Shown: piece by piece, positions 61,222 through 64,000 of the stretch | How positions within the stretch are numbered: the first letter of the stretch is position 1 | Layout: every line of letters begins with the position of its first letter | From: Phoronis australis | Lineage: Eukaryota > Animalia > Phoronida | Reading direction: 5' to 3' | Assembly (NCBI GenBank): GCA_002633005.1 | Contig: NMRA01000051.1 | Coordinates: forward strand, 258,478 to 322,477 | Length of the DNA: 64,000 bases | Notes under the pieces: generated by a model | The model's input: the letters and a program-made list of their open reading frames with translations, nothing else | What the model was told of the DNA's origin: nothing | Database searches by the model: none | Program-made: the position numbers and the translations under genes

Positions 61222-64000
61222 TTAACTGAAATGAACTTTTGATATCTGTTGTTATTTATGAGTTCTACCTTTCGTCACTGACATTTTTATAGCTCGTGTA
61301 AACTACCACACCATCACTAAAGATCAAAAACTAAACAATAAATTGTCATCACTTTTACAACATTTTTCTTAAAGTAGATCCCTTTATAAACAAGAACACT
61401 CATACATCAGTTTTACAGTTAACTACACACTGAATTTCAAAAATTGATTACGCAAAAATTCTCTAGTTTTGGGCAGTGAATAATTATTTTGATCAAAGTA
61501 GGAGCTTTTCCCAATTTTTAGAAATTCACACAGTTGTCTGTCAGAAATTCAATTGGAATGATAACAATTTATTAAATGTTTGTCATGCGAGTCACTTTTT
61601 ATGAACTTACAGGAGTATTCTTGCAACCTGGTATGCTACAACATAGCGTTAGGAATTTGAGAAGTAAGAAAATATACAAATTACTCAGACCACAAACTTC
61701 AGGATGAAAAAAAAATAAATTTAGGAGACTGTCTCAGTCTGGAGAATTTTAAAGTAATATATCACCGATCTAATTGCTATCATCAACTCTGTCACATTTG
61801 CTAAAAATAAATGTTAGGTAAAAATAATTACAAGCTATAAATGTGAGCCACCACAAAAATGTTCAAACATACACCATTGCCAGCATGATGACGAATACAC
61901 GCAGCAGACAATAGCCTCTGTATGGCACGTGTTTGAGGGTTTTTGGCAAACATCTACATTTATCCCATACATTATGGTTACAGAGAAGTCATTCTTAGAG
62001 CAATATGAAGTGAATGACCCACAGAAGTGGTAGCCCATGTAGACTATTTTCCACTTCTTTCACAATTTTCCAAAGAAGCGGCTGGTAATCCAGGTCCCTC
62101 ATGGGAAATATAAGCACACATTTTTCTGAAGTCTTCCAAAGATCATCCAAAGATGTACTGATTTTAAACAACAGTTTCCGATCAAGTTGCTTAGTTGAGT
62201 CTTTAGAAACGTTTGGCAGGAAAGGGTTGAATTGTTGATAATTCTCAGATACTGAATACCCATGGTCAAATAACTCGGGCTTAAAATTTAGCAATCTCTT
62301 TGCTCCTGTTGGCGTCCTAGAAACAGATGTTGAATCAATTAGTACAGGTTTCTGTCGATCTTCAGACTGAGCAATGAGAATGCTGACATCCCATTCTTGC
62401 GGATTTCTGCAGCTGTGTGTCCAGCAAATCATTGTTAAATTGAATGTAAACGAGTTCAAAAAAATCCAAGTAACTCTGCTTTAATGCAGCTTTTTAAACT
62501 TTGTGTGCGTGGGAGTCGGAGTACAAGAGTTTGCCACATAAAATGCATGTCTTTGACTTCGCGATTTTCAGTGGACTATTATAGTTCACCATCTGAAATT
62601 AAATATACGTAAATAGCAAAGGCTTTCAATTTTTACTAGAATCCCTGATGTGCCCCCTAGAGTTATTTGTGTTCAAGTGAGTTGAATTTTGCCTGTAAAA
62701 TTGTAATCAAGCTGGTCAATTTTAGTACTGCAGATGGGAAAAATGTTGAATTAACCTTTTGCAGAAATTCTATAGTTACAGAATTACAAAGTATGACTCT
62801 GCTCGGATATAATGGTCCCTGACATGGATAACAATTAAGTTTCATTCACTGATAGTAACATACGCCGGACGATTTAAGGCGAATTATGCCTCACACTGGT
62901 GGGCGCGGTAAAAATACGTGGGCGCGCAGTGTAAAACTGGCCAGTTGACGATTTGGGCAACTGAACGAAGGACTGATTGTAGAAAAAGTTGCGCTGGAAG
63001 AAATTAAAGACATCAATGGGTACCTATGGTGTCCCTCTATGAGCAAGAGGCACTTAAACAACATGACTTTGATGTTTTAATCTGTGTGAGGCATAAGTCA
63101 TCGAAAATCTATCAATGTATGAAACTGTCAGAGGCGCTTCACTGTCTCTACTGGGGCCAACTAGAGACGGTGGCCACTATCTAATCCACTGAAGAATAGG
63201 AATGTTATTCAGTTGTTACATTCATCGACTTTGTTCGATCATTTCCTTGTCCTGTCGTTTGCTTCCCATTTTTCCCTAGTATAAACTGTCCAACAACACG
63301 TGTATTCGCCTGGTCAAGTCTAGACATTTGCTGTCACTGACTGTGTTCCATCTGGCTAACGCTAACAGCCCGACTCCGTGAGGTATAACTAGTGAACCTG
63401 CACTGAAATTACTACAACATACATGTATTGATAGTGTAATTCTCAAAACCAGGGAACATTATATGCCACTTGTTTCCAAAGTAGTTATGTGTGATAAGAC
63501 TGAACTCTGATGTCCAAGTCCAAGCGGCCACAGTCACAGTGATGTGTCGAAAATCACCAATTTATCTTCAATTCAGACCCCTTTTAACTCACTTTTTAAG
63601 CAAGTACTACTGTGCAGGCATACATGGCTGGTCCAGGTTAGATTCCCGGTTCGGGACATTGATCTGAGTCGGCATTTATAACAGTTGTTCAGTAACATTT
63701 ACATTGATTCAAAAACGCGATAGGTCTACTGCCTAAACCAGAAATCGTGAGCCAGTATGTTTACAAAAGCGCCGTCTAACGATTAAAATAATAGAAGTGA
63801 ACTACGTATGAAATGCAAGCGTTCTGGATTTTGTGCCTGAACCTGCTATCACGTATCTTACGGATGTCGCAGGATGAGTATACGCAACTACATACCCAGT
63901 TAGCATCCCAGTGGGCATCACTTTTAAATGACTCCTGCAGAGAGACCAAGGAGAATTTTCCCAACGTGATCGAACCAAAAGGTTCTGAGTCTAGATAGAT

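Noticed and set aside
63620-63790. tRNA gene (B-box-like ggttagattcccgg)
   Set aside because: No cloverleaf or clear A-box; at most a decayed tRNA-derived SINE.

Overview
AT-rich, gapped, intron-containing animal genomic DNA; a marine invertebrate, possibly a mollusc, is my inference from the repeat content. The main host feature is one minus-strand gene reconstructed by hand from splice sites and reading phase, spanning about 41.3 kb down to 8.2 kb: signal peptide, a divergent C-type lectin-like domain (2 exons), an F-type (fucolectin/FTP) lectin domain (2 exons), then an array of 186-nt phase-1/phase-1 Sushi/CCP exons. Six Sushi exons are intact, one has a dead splice donor and about four are decayed. 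The gene ends in duplicated, decayed transmembrane-like exons. The rest is layered transposon debris: an 8.8-kb IS3EU-type element with 40-bp TIRs and a 6-bp TSD (HTH exons, a possible HECT-like remnant and a nested CTCF-motif satellite), Kolobok/THAP elements, a Sola3-like element splitting a CR1-like LINE, a Penelope element with inverted ends, a DIRS/Ngaro-type tyrosine recombinase, a Crypton remnant, a Tc1/mariner remnant, an RT-RNase H LINE, MITEs and minisatellites. All family assignments come from motif recognition by eye; no searches were run.
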